Origin: Candidatus Poriferihabitaceae bacterium
GTDB lineage: Bacteria; Pseudomonadota; Gammaproteobacteria; Arenicellales; Poriferihabitantaceae
Length of the DNA: 64,000 nucleotides
Assembly (NCBI GenBank): GCA_965214205.1
Contig: OZ243941.1
Location: 1,969,419 to 2,033,418, forward strand
Direction of reading: 5' to 3'
The notes beneath the pieces were generated by a model, which searched no databases, was not told the origin of the DNA, and worked only from the letters and a program-made list of their open reading frames with translations. Positions 48,928-59,039 of the stretch are shown here, piece by piece (position 1 is the stretch's first letter; each line of letters opens with the position of its first letter). The position numbers were made by a program, and so were the translations under genes.

Positions 48928-49362
48928 CAGGGACCGGATTCTGGCGCTGACGGCGCTCATATCCGCCCGTCCCTGAACTTTCGATTTAACCAGTCCCATC
49001 ACCTTACCCATATCCCGGATACTGGCGGCGCCGGACTCTTGCAGGGCCTGTTTAATGATCTCTTCAACGGCCTGTGCTGACAGTGGTTCGGGCAGGTATT
49101 GCCGAAGAATGGAAATACACTCGTTTTCCTTGTCCACCAGGTCCGGGCGGTTGCCGTCCGCGAATTGGCGGGCGGCGTCGGCGGATTGTTTGACCATTTT
49201 CCGGACCACCTGTAAAACTCCCTGGTCATCCAGTTCCACACGGTCATCGACTTCCTTTCTCTGGATGGCCGCCCGCAGCATGCGGATTGTTTCGAGTCTC
49301 GCGCTCTCTTTCGCGCGCATCGCCGACTTCATGTCAGAGAGAATGCTCTCTTTGAGGCTCAT
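48919..49362 (-). CDS. GatB/YqeY domain protein
   Basis: 147 aa; MSLKESILSDMKSAMRAKE.. is typical of YqeY. It lies adjacent to rpsU. Confidence 0.85.
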   Translation of the reverse strand: MSLKESILSDMKSAMRAKESARLETIRMLRAAIQRKEVDDRVELDDQGVLQVVRKMVKQSADAARQFADGNRPDLVDKENECISILRQYLPEPLSAQAVEEIIKQALQESGAASIRDMGKVMGLVKSKVQGRADMSAVSARIRSLLS

Positions 49363-49387
49363 ACTGTCAACCGGTCAAAAATCAGGC

Positions 49388-49603
49388 CTAATACAGTCGC
49401 CTGTGCCGCGCTCTTTGTCGAGAGACCCGCTTCATTTCCCGCCGCACCGCCGCGTCATTATCCCGCTTGCGGATCGTAGTGGGTTTTTCATAACACTGGC
49501 GTCGCCGGGATTCGGTGAATATTCCCGCGCGTTCGCAGGCGCGGCGAAAGCGTCTCAAAATAACATCAAACGGTTCGTTCTGGCGAACTTGAACAAATGG
49601 CAT
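49388..49603 (-). CDS. rpsU: 30S ribosomal protein S21
   Basis: 71 aa; [27 protein letters not shown]. Confidence 0.95.
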   Translation of the reverse strand: MPFVQVRQNEPFDVILRRFRRACERAGIFTESRRRQCYEKPTTIRKRDNDAAVRREMKRVSRQRARHRRLY

Positions 49604-49688
49604 GTATAATTCCTGGTTGATTTGAAGGGCAAATATTATACTTGTTTTTCTTTACAATATCATCTGTAACATCCAATCCAGTCATTTT

Positions 49689-50828
49689 GTGAGCCAATCC
49701 ATTCAATCCCCCGCCGCGGGAATCATCCTGTTCATCGTTGCCTTGTCGGTCACGTCCTGTACAGTCATCAAGCCCAGGCCAGCGGGAATCGGGGAGGAAA
49801 TCCAATGGGCCGGGATTGAAGGCTGGGAAGATGACCAGCACGCTGAAATCTGGCCAGCGCTTGAAAACAACTGCATGGCCGTGGCGGCCAAACCGGCCTG
49901 GCGGGAAATCTGCGCGGCCATGGAGCGGCTTCAACCCGACGAAATCAATGATGACAGCGTCCGGACGTTTTTTGAAACCTGGTTTGTCCCCCATCGTCTG
50001 TACGGCGAAAAAGGCAGTACCGAGGGATTGATCACGGGTTATTACGAGCCTTTGCTGTTCGGCAGCAAAACTCCTGATGACCGGTTCCGGCATGCGATCT
50101 ACCGGGAACCGGATTCACTGCTGACCGTGGATCTGGGTAGTCTGTATCCCTCCCTGAAAAACAAAAGGGTGAGAGGGCTGAAAGTCGGGAAGAAAGTCGT
50201 GCCCTTCTACTCACGCGGGCAGATCGAGTCCAACCGCGATTTGCTGGCTGGCCATGAGCTGCTCTGGCTGGACGACCGCGACGCGGTGTTTTTTCTGCAT
50301 ATACAGGGGTCGGGCAGAGTGGAACTTGAAGACGGCAAACGAGTCGGGGTCGGTTACAGTAACCAGAATGGTCATCCGTATGTCTCCATTGGCCGTGTTC
50401 TACTGGATAAGGGAGAACTGGAGCGGGATGAAATTTCACTGTTCACCATTCGCCAGTGGCTTGATGACAACCCGGACCAGGCCGAGGACCTGCTCAACGA
50501 AAACCCGAGCTATGTTTTCTTTGTCCTGCGGGAAGAAGTCGAAAACGGTCCCATCGGCTCACTGAATGTGCCGTTGACTCCGGAACGAAGTATCGCGATT
50601 GACCCGAAAGTGGTGGCTCTGGGTACGCCGGTCTGGTTGAAAACCCGTTATCCGGGAGAACCTGACCGTGCGTTCCAGCAACTCCTGATCGCTCAGGACA
50701 CCGGCGGCGCCATTCGCGGCCCGTTACGCGCGGACGTGTTCTGGGGGCATGGAGAAGCCGCGGAACGCGCGGCGGGAATCATGAAGGAGAGGGGCAGCAT
50801 GGTTATCCTGATGCCAAAATCCGAATAG
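49689..50828 (+). CDS. mltA: Membrane-bound lytic murein transglycosylase A
   Basis: Lipoprotein-like N-terminus (LSVTSC), MltA-specific and 3D domains (AQDTGGAIRGPLRADVFWG). Confidence 0.88.
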   Translation: MSQSIQSPAAGIILFIVALSVTSCTVIKPRPAGIGEEIQWAGIEGWEDDQHAEIWPALENNCMAVAAKPAWREICAAMERLQPDEINDDSVRTFFETWFVPHRLYGEKGSTEGLITGYYEPLLFGSKTPDDRFRHAIYREPDSLLTVDLGSLYPSLKNKRVRGLKVGKKVVPFYSRGQIESNRDLLAGHELLWLDDRDAVFFLHIQGSGRVELEDGKRVGVGYSNQNGHPYVSIGRVLLDKGELERDEISLFTIRQWLDDNPDQAEDLLNENPSYVFFVLREEVENGPIGSLNVPLTPERSIAIDPKVVALGTPVWLKTRYPGEPDRAFQQLLIAQDTGGAIRGPLRADVFWGHGEAAERAAGIMKERGSMVILMPKSE

Positions 50829-50833
50829 CCATT

Positions 50834-50856
50834 CAGGCTGGGGCTTTCCCAGCCTG
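50834..50856. terminator. Hairpin between convergent mltA and rnd (possible bidirectional terminator)
   Basis: CAGGCTGGG-GCTTT-CCCAGCCTG, a 9-bp stem. There is no clear U-tract on either strand. Confidence 0.3.
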
Positions 50857-50862
50857 TCCGGC

Positions 50863-52011
50863 CTATCCAGTCTTCTGTTCGGCCTGCCCGGTCTGTCCGG
50901 CCTTCTGTATGGAATCAGCCAGGCCTGCCTGTATTTCACGTCCGATCAGGTCATAACGCCATCCCTTCAACAACAGAATATCGGTATCTCCGGTCACCAG
51001 CGCCTCGATGTCACCGCGGTTCGCCAACAGCGTCGGGCTCATGTTCTCAGTCTGCGCCGCCTTGCGGAGTTTTCCCATGATTTCCTTTACCTGGCGACGC
51101 TGTTCGCGCTCCAGCGGAATGTACCTCTTCCAGACCGGGTGGCCGCAATCCTGACTGGAATCGTTTTTCAGCGCCCGCAAAATCTCGTTGCCGAATCGCG
51201 CAACCGTCTTTTTACTGACGGAATCAATCCGCGCCAGCGCATTGCGGTCGCGCGGTCCCCTGGAACAGATATCCAGCAAGACTTGAGTCGGTAGAATCCA
51301 TTCACGGGGAAGGTTCCTGGCTTGGGCCTGGTTTTCTCTCCATATTGCCAGCGCTTTGGCGCTGTGTTGCAGCTTGCGGGGTAATTTTGCGCCCTGCCGC
51401 AGTCTTTTCCATCCATCTTCAGGGGATATGGAAAAATCCCGGTTGCCAAGTACCCGAAGACATTCAGACCGGTGCCATTGCAGTTTACCGGACGCGGCCA
51501 ACCGGTCCTGCAGAAACTCCTGGATCGGGCGCAGGTAGCGGACATCATCCATCGCATATTGCAATTGGTCCTCCGACAACGGCCGCCTCGACCAGTCGGT
51601 TCGGGTATGAGACTTTGCGAGAGTGACCTGACAGATTGATTCAACCAGGGAAGCATAACTTGCCTGCTCGTCGAGGCCACAAAACGAGGCGGCAATCTGG
51701 GTGTCGAAAACATGAACCAGAGGCTGCTTCAGTCTTTGATCGAGCGCTTCCATATCCTGCCTGCCCGAATGCAGGATCTTGACGATATCCGGATTGCCGA
51801 ACAGCCGCTGCAGAGGCGACAGGTCATCAATCGTGAGCGCGTCCACGCAGAATTCATCCGCTTCGGTTCGACACTGAATCAGACACAGCGTCGGATAATA
51901 GGTCCTGTCCCGAAGAAATTCGGTGTCGATTCCGACCCACCGGCAAGCAAGCGCCCGCTCCACTCTGGCATTCAGTTCACTGAATGTATCAACTGGTTCA
52001 ATTTTCAGCAT
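50863..52011 (-). CDS. rnd: Ribonuclease D
   Basis: DEDD exonuclease motifs (GIDTEF, YAMDDVRYL) plus an HRDC region, 382 aa. Confidence 0.9.
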   Translation of the reverse strand: MLKIEPVDTFSELNARVERALACRWVGIDTEFLRDRTYYPTLCLIQCRTEADEFCVDALTIDDLSPLQRLFGNPDIVKILHSGRQDMEALDQRLKQPLVHVFDTQIAASFCGLDEQASYASLVESICQVTLAKSHTRTDWSRRPLSEDQLQYAMDDVRYLRPIQEFLQDRLAASGKLQWHRSECLRVLGNRDFSISPEDGWKRLRQGAKLPRKLQHSAKALAIWRENQAQARNLPREWILPTQVLLDICSRGPRDRNALARIDSVSKKTVARFGNEILRALKNDSSQDCGHPVWKRYIPLEREQRRQVKEIMGKLRKAAQTENMSPTLLANRGDIEALVTGDTDILLLKGWRYDLIGREIQAGLADSIQKAGQTGQAEQKTG

Positions 52012-52055
52012 AAGAGTAATGGTATGATCGGTTCAGGTGGTTATTCCTTGCAGCC

Positions 52056-52559
52056 ATGATCCAGATAATCCAGACACTGATACATATTTGCCTGTTCCGG
52101 GCCCAACCCCAGGATTTGCCGGCCTCCGGTCGAATCCTGGGTTTCGCCATGATCGCGGCATTTATTTTGTCAGTGATCCGGATTATCCCGATCAGTACGG
52201 GCGCCACTCCGATCCTGATCGGTCTGACACAGATCGCGCTGCTCGCTATCGGTCTGAAAATATTGCTGCTACTGTTTTCCAGGCGCGAACGGTGGCTGCA
52301 ATCGGCCACCGGGGTATTCGGTTGTTCGGCGGTCCTGATGCTGGCTGCAACTCCGATACTGATGATAACAGAATCAACCGGTTTCGGGGCTGCCCATCTG
52401 ATTCTGGTGGTAATGAATATATGGAGTTTCGCGGTTATCGTATCCATCTTGCGTCAGACTCTGGAAGTTCGCTTGTGGCTGGCCTTTCTGGTCACATTCG
52501 TGATGGAAGTCATAACCGCCATCATCATGCAGCAAATGTTTGGAGGACAGGTTATTTGA
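52056..52559 (+). CDS. Small integral membrane protein (~5 TM), unknown function
   Basis: Clean hydrophobic periodicity. Its stop overlaps the proposed TTG start of mpl. The alternative frame over the same DNA is a low-complexity extension of the mpl ORF. Confidence 0.5.
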   Translation: MIQIIQTLIHICLFRAQPQDLPASGRILGFAMIAAFILSVIRIIPISTGATPILIGLTQIALLAIGLKILLLLFSRRERWLQSATGVFGCSAVLMLAATPILMITESTGFGAAHLILVVMNIWSFAVIVSILRQTLEVRLWLAFLVTFVMEVITAIIMQQMFGGQVI

Positions 52560-53926
52560 AACTGTTCATCGCAGGGATATGCGGAACTTTCATGGCTGGA
52601 TTGGCCCAACTGGCCCGCTCGGATGGTCATGAGGTGCTGGGCTGTGACGAGCGGATCTACCCCCCTATGTCCACGTTGCTCGAAACCAGCGGAATCCGGA
52701 TATTCGAGGGCTACGACCCGGCTCACCTGGACCGGCGGTATGACCGGATCATTATCGGTAACGCCCTGTCCCGCGGCAATCCGCTGGTCGAAGCGGTTCT
52801 GAACCGGAACGAGCGCTACCAGTCAGGACCGCAATGGCTGCATGACCATGTACTCCCGGGGAAGGACGTGATCGCGGTGGCCGGCACCCACGGAAAATCC
52901 ACAACATCGTCCATGGTTGCCTGGATACTGCATTCAACAGACCGGTCACCGGGTTTTCTGATCGGCGGCAAACCGGGCAATTTCCCCTGCTCCGCGATGG
53001 CTGGCGATAGCGACTGGTTTGTGATCGAGGCAGACGAATACGATACGGCGTTTTTCGACAAGCGGTCGAAATTCGTGCATTACCGTCCGACTATCGCGGT
53101 TTTGAACAATCTCGAATTTGATCACGGTGATATTTTCGAGAACCTCGACCAAATCAAAAAACAGTTTCATCATCTGGTCAGAATCGTGCCATCGCACGGT
53201 TTTATTGTCGTAAACGGCGATGACCGGCATTTGAGCGAGGTATTGCGGATGGGATGCTGGAGCAATCTGGCGCAGTTCTCGATCCGGGACGCGGACAGTC
53301 AATGGTTCGCCAGGCCGCTGAAACCGGATTGTTCCAGTTTCGAGATTTTTCATCACGGCGCAGTCTGTGGCGAGATCACCTGGAATCTGATCGGTTCTTA
53401 CAATATGCAAAACGCGCTGGCCGCGGTCGCCGCCTGTGAGTTGACAGGGGTCGAGGCGGCTGCATCCTCAGGCGCGCTGGAAAATTTTGTCGCCGCAGAC
53501 CGGCGTCTTCAGCTTCTGTTCAATTATAACCGGATATACTTGTACGAAGATTTCGCCCATCATCCGACAGCGATAGAGCGGACACTCGAGGCGATACGCG
53601 CAAGACATCCGGAACACCATATCATTACTGTTCTGGAACTTCGCTCAAACACGATGAAAAGCGGACAGCACGAAGACAAACTGGGACGCTCCCTGAACGG
53701 TTCGGATGAAACATGGCTGTATCGGACATCGGAACTGAAATGGCGCCCGGAGTCGCTGGAAACGCGAACGGACCTGAAAAGTTTCAATACAAAAGACGAG
53801 TTACTCGCGGCAATGGATTTGTGCCAAAACCGCAAACTCGTTATCATCTGCATGAGTAATGGCAGTTTCGACGGGGTTCCGGATTCAATCCGGGAACATT
53901 TGGTTAACACACTGAGTCAGACTTGA
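52556..53926 (+). CDS. mpl: UDP-N-acetylmuramate:L-alanyl-gamma-D-glutamyl-meso-DAP ligase
   Basis: KLFIAGICGTFMAGLAQLA N-terminus (Mpl-type), GTHGKST P-loop. The proposed start is TTG at 52556; the ORF is open from 52037. Confidence 0.88.
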   Translation: MKLFIAGICGTFMAGLAQLARSDGHEVLGCDERIYPPMSTLLETSGIRIFEGYDPAHLDRRYDRIIIGNALSRGNPLVEAVLNRNERYQSGPQWLHDHVLPGKDVIAVAGTHGKSTTSSMVAWILHSTDRSPGFLIGGKPGNFPCSAMAGDSDWFVIEADEYDTAFFDKRSKFVHYRPTIAVLNNLEFDHGDIFENLDQIKKQFHHLVRIVPSHGFIVVNGDDRHLSEVLRMGCWSNLAQFSIRDADSQWFARPLKPDCSSFEIFHHGAVCGEITWNLIGSYNMQNALAAVAACELTGVEAAASSGALENFVAADRRLQLLFNYNRIYLYEDFAHHPTAIERTLEAIRARHPEHHIITVLELRSNTMKSGQHEDKLGRSLNGSDETWLYRTSELKWRPESLETRTDLKSFNTKDELLAAMDLCQNRKLVIICMSNGSFDGVPDSIREHLVNTLSQT

Positions 53927-53950
53927 CCAGACGAGGATAAAATATCGGAC

Positions 53951-54628
53951 ATGAGCAAAAATAACTTCAAAAACCGAAATATTTTCGTAATGATCATCGC
54001 TGGTTTTCTCAGCTGGTCATTGCCCCCGGCCATCGCCCAGGAAGAACCGTTTGTCGCGGGGGAGCATTACCAGTTGCTGGATGAAGTCCAACCAGTCCAG
54101 ACCGGAGACCGGATAGAAGTGGCCGAGTTATTCTGGTACCACTGCCCGCATTGTTTTCGACTGGAGCCTTTCCTCGTTGAGTGGCAGAAAAACATTCCCG
54201 ATGGAGCGGAATATGTGCCGATACCCGCAATACTGAATGATCAATGGGAATTCGACGCGAGGGTTTACTATACATTCGAGGCGCTGGGACTGCTCGAAGA
54301 CCTGCACGGCAAGTATTTTTCCGCGATTCACGAGCAGCGACTCAATATCCGCACTGCTGAACAACTGGCGACCTGGGCCTCGGAAAACGGGGTTGACGGC
54401 TCGAAAATCCCGGAAACCTTCACTTCATTCGCTGTACAGAACAAACTGAATTTCTCCCATGTCATGTCCCGCAAATACGGAATCACCGGCGTACCCGCGA
54501 TTATTGTGGATGGACGTTACAGAACATCCGTTTCCCTGGCGGGAAGCCATCCGAAACTGATCAAGGTCATCAATTTCCTGATCGGGGAAGCGGCGCAACA
54601 AAGAAGCGGTCAGTCAGCCTCAGGATAA
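53951..54628 (+). CDS. dsbA: Thiol:disulfide interchange protein DsbA
   Basis: Signal peptide and CPHC active site (FWYHCPHCFRLEP). Confidence 0.88.
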   Translation: MSKNNFKNRNIFVMIIAGFLSWSLPPAIAQEEPFVAGEHYQLLDEVQPVQTGDRIEVAELFWYHCPHCFRLEPFLVEWQKNIPDGAEYVPIPAILNDQWEFDARVYYTFEALGLLEDLHGKYFSAIHEQRLNIRTAEQLATWASENGVDGSKIPETFTSFAVQNKLNFSHVMSRKYGITGVPAIIVDGRYRTSVSLAGSHPKLIKVINFLIGEAAQQRSGQSASG

Positions 54629-54679
54629 CAGACCTGCGACGGAGCGGTTCCGGCCGGGCCGGAGCCGGGCCGGATTGCG

Positions 54680-56203
54680 TCAGTGTTCGCCGCCGGCCTT
54701 GAAATTGAAAACCGCTCCCTGCCGGATGCCGGATGGCCACCGGGAAGTAATCGTTTTTAACCGGGTATAAAAACGGACTCCTTCCGGTCCATGTATCGAA
54801 TGATCACCGAAAAGCGAGCGTTTCCAGCCGCCAAAACTGTGGAACGCCATCGGTACGGGGATCGGCACATTCACCCCGACCATGCCAATCTGTATACGGT
54901 CGCTGAAATCCCGGGCGGTATCGCCGTCACGGGTAAAAATCGCGACGCCATTGCCATATTCATGCTCATTGACCATCTGTACCGCTTCTTCATAGCTTTG
55001 CGCCCGGACAATGCTCAGTACCGGACCAAAAATCTCGTCGGTATAGACGCTCATTCCGGTCTTGACATGATCGAAGACGGTAGCTCCGACGAAACAGCCA
55101 TTCTCCGAACCGTCGACGACTTCATCCCGGCCGTCCCGAACAAGGGTCGCGCCCTCTTCCAATCCCTTGTCGATATAGCCCTCGATTCTCGACTTTGCCG
55201 CCGGATTGATAACCGGGCCCATTTCTGTGGACGGCTCGGTGTAAGGACCGACCTTCAAGGCATCCAGCCTCGGGACCAGTTTCCTGATCAATTCGTCTGC
55301 CGGCTCGTCCCCGATTGAAACGACCACGGATACTGCCATGCACCGCTCCCCGGCGGAACCGTAGGCCGCGCCTACCACTGCGTCCGTCACCTGATCCATG
55401 TCCGCGTCGGGCATCACTACCATGTGGTTTTTAGCGCCGCACAGGGCCTGTACCCGTTTGTTATGGGAGGTCCCGGTCTGGTAGATATATTCCCCGACCG
55501 CGGTGGAACCGACGAAACTGACCGCCTGGACACGATCATCGGTGAGCAATGTATCAACTGCTTCCTTGTCACCGTTGATCACATTGAGTACCCCATCCGG
55601 CAATCCGGCTTCCCGCATCAGTTCCGCAAGACGAAGCGGACACGAGGGATCACGTTCCGAAGGTTTCAGGACAAAGGTATTGCCGCAGGCAATCGCCAGT
55701 GGAAACATCCACATTGGCACCATCGCGGGGAAATTGAACGGAGTGATACCGGCGCATACTCCGAGTGGTTGACGCATACTCCACGAATCCACCCCGTTGG
55801 CGACACCCGATGAATACTCCCCTTTCAACAACTGGGAGATCCCGCAGGAAAATTCAACGACTTCCAGCCCCCGGGTGATTGACCCTTTGGCGTCATCCAG
55901 GGTTTTTCCATGTTCACAGGAAACCAGTTCCGCCAGTTCATCCATGTGCGACCGGATCAGGTCACGGAAAGCGAACAGGATCCGGGCACGCTGCCCCGCC
56001 GAAGTCGCCGACCATTCCGGAAACGCCTGCCGGGCCACGGTTATCGCGTTTTTCACCTCGGCGGCGCTGGCCAACGGCGCCCGTTTGGTCACCACTCCCA
56101 AAGCCGGATTGTAGACATCCCCGAAGCGTCCGCTGTCACCTTCGACTCTTTTCCCGCCGACATAGTGATGCAGATTCTGGATTTTGATGGATTCGTGTTT
56201 CAT
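54680..56203 (-). CDS. mmsA: Methylmalonate-semialdehyde dehydrogenase (CoA-acylating)
   Basis: 507-aa aldehyde dehydrogenase fold with catalytic GERCMA and MmsA-like termini. Confidence 0.88.
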   Translation of the reverse strand: MKHESIKIQNLHHYVGGKRVEGDSGRFGDVYNPALGVVTKRAPLASAAEVKNAITVARQAFPEWSATSAGQRARILFAFRDLIRSHMDELAELVSCEHGKTLDDAKGSITRGLEVVEFSCGISQLLKGEYSSGVANGVDSWSMRQPLGVCAGITPFNFPAMVPMWMFPLAIACGNTFVLKPSERDPSCPLRLAELMREAGLPDGVLNVINGDKEAVDTLLTDDRVQAVSFVGSTAVGEYIYQTGTSHNKRVQALCGAKNHMVVMPDADMDQVTDAVVGAAYGSAGERCMAVSVVVSIGDEPADELIRKLVPRLDALKVGPYTEPSTEMGPVINPAAKSRIEGYIDKGLEEGATLVRDGRDEVVDGSENGCFVGATVFDHVKTGMSVYTDEIFGPVLSIVRAQSYEEAVQMVNEHEYGNGVAIFTRDGDTARDFSDRIQIGMVGVNVPIPVPMAFHSFGGWKRSLFGDHSIHGPEGVRFYTRLKTITSRWPSGIRQGAVFNFKAGGEH

Positions 56204-56282
56204 ATCAAGCCCCGTAAAGAATAGTCAGTTCTGCATTGAATTTATGCGAATACACAGGAAAACACAATCAGTTTCGGGATTC

Positions 56283-57470
56283 TCAAAAAACCAGCCGCTT
56301 GAGCCAGTCCAGAATTTGAGAAAACAGAGGCCCCTCCTGATATGTTTCGGTTACATGCAGGGAGGACTCCCGCACAGGCTCGCCATTAAACCGTACCTGG
56401 ATCCGACCTACTTCAGTTCCGCGTTCAATCGGGGCTTCCAGACTATCCGGAAGCTCCAGCGTAACCGATATTTGATCAGCCGTCCCGCTCGGAGCCTGTA
56501 CGACAAGATTTTGCATAACCCCGACACTCGCCTGACTTTGCTGGCCCATCCACAAAGGCAGTATACTGACTGGCTCTCCGGGGCTGTAGACAACCATACC
56601 GTCATAGGAATTGTATCCATACTGCAGCAGTGACTGGACCTGGTCGGCCCGAGCGCCCCTGCTTTTGGCGCCTGTCACGGTGGCGATCAAACGTACATTC
56701 TCCCGCAGCGCGGTACCGATCAAACAGTATCCCGCCTTTTTGGTGTACCCGGTCTTGAGTCCGTCCACCGTGGGATCGCGGTCCAACAGGATATTTCTGT
56801 TTTGCTGGGTAATATCGTTATAGGTAAAGTCCTGTTGGGAATAGTAGTGATAGTGGTCCGGGAAACTACGGATCAGGTTCATTGCCAGTACTGTAATGTC
56901 CCTGGCCGTAGTATAGTGGTCGTCGTCCGGCAATCCGCTGCTATTGGTGAAACGGGTATTGGTCATGCCCAGTTCCGCGGCCTTCATATTCATTCTTACA
57001 GCAAATGCCTCCTCACTTCCGGCAATATGTTCAGCCAGCGCCACGGCCGCGTCATTTCCGGACTGAATAACCAGCCCCTGAATCAACTCACGAACACTGA
57101 CGTGAGTATCCACCTGAATGAACATTCTGGAACCTTCTGTTTTCCAGGCTTTCTTGCTGACGTACACCATATCCTCATAACTGATCTTTTCGGCATTGAG
57201 AGACTCAAAAACCAGAAAGCTGGTCATCAGCTTGGTCAGGCTGGCTGGCTCTATCCTCAAATCCGCGCTCTGACTCCCCAGTATCCAGCCAGTTTCAAAA
57301 TCCGCCAGAACCCAGCTTTTAGCGGCGATTGGCGGAACCGGATCCGGAGATTTCACGGATTCCGGGATGTCGGTCAGGGCGCTATGGGCCGGCAGGCACA
57401 GCAGCCAGAACGGCAACACAAGCAGCGCCAGCGAGCGCGTAACCAAAAACCTGAAATCGATAGCGCTCAT
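56283..57470 (-). CDS. dacC: D-alanyl-D-alanine carboxypeptidase (PBP5/6 class)
   Basis: Signal peptide, SLTK (SxxK), SGN, KTG motifs. The start is taken at the ATG at 57470; the ORF is open to 57653. Confidence 0.9.
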   Translation of the reverse strand: MSAIDFRFLVTRSLALLVLPFWLLCLPAHSALTDIPESVKSPDPVPPIAAKSWVLADFETGWILGSQSADLRIEPASLTKLMTSFLVFESLNAEKISYEDMVYVSKKAWKTEGSRMFIQVDTHVSVRELIQGLVIQSGNDAAVALAEHIAGSEEAFAVRMNMKAAELGMTNTRFTNSSGLPDDDHYTTARDITVLAMNLIRSFPDHYHYYSQQDFTYNDITQQNRNILLDRDPTVDGLKTGYTKKAGYCLIGTALRENVRLIATVTGAKSRGARADQVQSLLQYGYNSYDGMVVYSPGEPVSILPLWMGQQSQASVGVMQNLVVQAPSGTADQISVTLELPDSLEAPIERGTEVGRIQVRFNGEPVRESSLHVTETYQEGPLFSQILDWLKRLVF

Positions 57471-57483
57471 ATTTGGTAATCTT

Positions 57484-58023
57484 TCAAGGAGTAATGGCCT
57501 TGACACGAACCCTTCCCGTGCCCTTTCTCGCGATCCCCAGTTTATGCGCGGCCGCATACGAAAGATCAATAATCCGGCCGTGCAGGAAAGGTCCCCTGTC
57601 GTTGACCTTGACAACAATCCATTTTTTCGTATCGAGATTGGTGACCCGGACATAAGTCGGCAACGGCAGAGTCGGATGCGCCGCCGTCATTTTAAACATA
57701 TCATAAATCTCACCGCTGGAGGTCCGGCGTCCGTGAAATTTTGCCCCGTACCACGAAGCGACCCCCTTCTGCTTGAATCCCCTGGCTGATTTCATCGGGA
57801 TATAGCGTTTGCCGAAGACCTTGTAAGGATTGTTGCCATAGCGGCTGCGGGGTTCACGCCTCGGCGCCGCATTCGGAATCTTGTCGAAATCCACGCTCTT
57901 TGCAGGCGGTCGGTCACCGCCATAATAACCGCCGGACGAACCGGGCCGTTTGATGACGCCGCACGCGGACAGCGCCAACCCGACCACGACCACGACAACC
58001 AGGTTTTTCAGGCTGGTGGTCAT
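57484..58023 (-). CDS. rlpA: Septal ring lytic transglycosylase RlpA (DPBB domain)
   Basis: Lipobox LSAC, GVASWYG..FHGRRTSSGEIYD..AAH.TLPL...VRVTNL. Confidence 0.88.
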   Translation of the reverse strand: MTTSLKNLVVVVVVGLALSACGVIKRPGSSGGYYGGDRPPAKSVDFDKIPNAAPRREPRSRYGNNPYKVFGKRYIPMKSARGFKQKGVASWYGAKFHGRRTSSGEIYDMFKMTAAHPTLPLPTYVRVTNLDTKKWIVVKVNDRGPFLHGRIIDLSYAAAHKLGIARKGTGRVRVKAITP

Positions 58024-59039
58024 TGGCGTCGTCTCCTGGCTATCTCTTCTGACAATTCCGCTACCGCCAACGCATAATTAATGCTGTGATTGTAACGGGT
58101 GATCGCGTAAAAATTGCGGTAGCCGACGACATACCGTTTTCCGTTTTCATCATCCAGGTGGAACAACGCGCTTTTTACGCTGCCGCCCGAAGCATCGAAC
58201 CTGACCCCCGCGTCAACCAGGGCAGAGGTCTTGTGAACCAATTTAGCTCTTTTGCCAACCAGGGAAGCGGCCGATTCGGATAACGGCGGGATCACATCGG
58301 CATAGATCCTTTCGCCGCGCGTCCAGTTGTGCCCTTGCAGATATCTGGCGACACTGCCAATCGCGTCATCCAGTTCATTGACCAGGTCACGCCGTCCATT
58401 GCCATTGAAATCAACTGCCCAGGCTTCATAACTGGTCGGCATGAACTGCGGGATCCCAATGGCGCCTGCAAAGGAGCCCTGTACCGTCGCCGGGTCTATT
58501 TTCTCCTTCCGGGTCGTGTTCAGAAAAGTTCTCAACTCACGGGTGAAAAAGTGGCTCCGCCGTGGATAAGCCGCCGACAGCGTAACCAGGCTTGCAAGTA
58601 CGCTTCTATCACCCATACGGGTACCGTAATGGGTTTCAATTCCGATCAGCGCCGCAATCACCGCCGGCGGCACCCCGTATTCCTGAAACGCCCTGTCCAG
58701 TACCGCTTCATTCTGGTCCTGGAACCGGACCCCGTCTTCGATCCGCTTCTGGTTTATCAGCAACTTCCTGTATTTGAACCATGGCAGGGCCTCATATTGT
58801 CGGTCCATCAACGACAGGACTTTTTCATCTATTGACACATTGCCGAGAATTTCAACCAGTTCCTCCCCGGGATAACCATCTTCACTGGACATGACTTCGA
58901 CCAGTTCCTGAAGCGCCGGGTACTGATCAACATCCAGCGCCCGGGCCTCCATCCATATTCCGGGCGCAAGCGCAAGCGCAAGCGCCGCCGGATATTTGCG
59001 GATCATTTTCCCGAAAACAGGTGACAGCGGATTCTTCAT
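58020..59039 (-). CDS. mltB: Lytic murein transglycosylase B
   Basis: The conserved part starts at MKNPLS.. (ATG at 59039, ATGA overlap with the rodA stop). GIETHYG and GAIGIPQFMPTS motifs. Confidence 0.88.
   Translation of the reverse strand: MKNPLSPVFGKMIRKYPAALALALAPGIWMEARALDVDQYPALQELVEVMSSEDGYPGEELVEILGNVSIDEKVLSLMDRQYEALPWFKYRKLLINQKRIEDGVRFQDQNEAVLDRAFQEYGVPPAVIAALIGIETHYGTRMGDRSVLASLVTLSAAYPRRSHFFTRELRTFLNTTRKEKIDPATVQGSFAGAIGIPQFMPTSYEAWAVDFNGNGRRDLVNELDDAIGSVARYLQGHNWTRGERIYADVIPPLSESAASLVGKRAKLVHKTSALVDAGVRFDASGGSVKSALFHLDDENGKRYVVGYRNFYAITRYNHSINYALAVAELSEEIARRRRQ

Noticed and set aside
52037-52555. Upstream part of the 629-aa ORF as a genuine N-terminal domain of Mpl.
   Set aside because: The sequence is Pro/Asp/Arg/Gly-rich low complexity. 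The overlapping frame (52056-52559) encodes a clean multi-TM protein, and Mpl homologues begin at the (M)KLFIAGICGTFM-type motif.
54629-54679. GC-rich CCGGCC/GGCCGG repeats between convergent dsbA and mmsA, considered as a terminator.
   Set aside because: The self-complementary arms leave a loop of about 1 nt and there is no U-tract, so no convincing hairpin geometry results.
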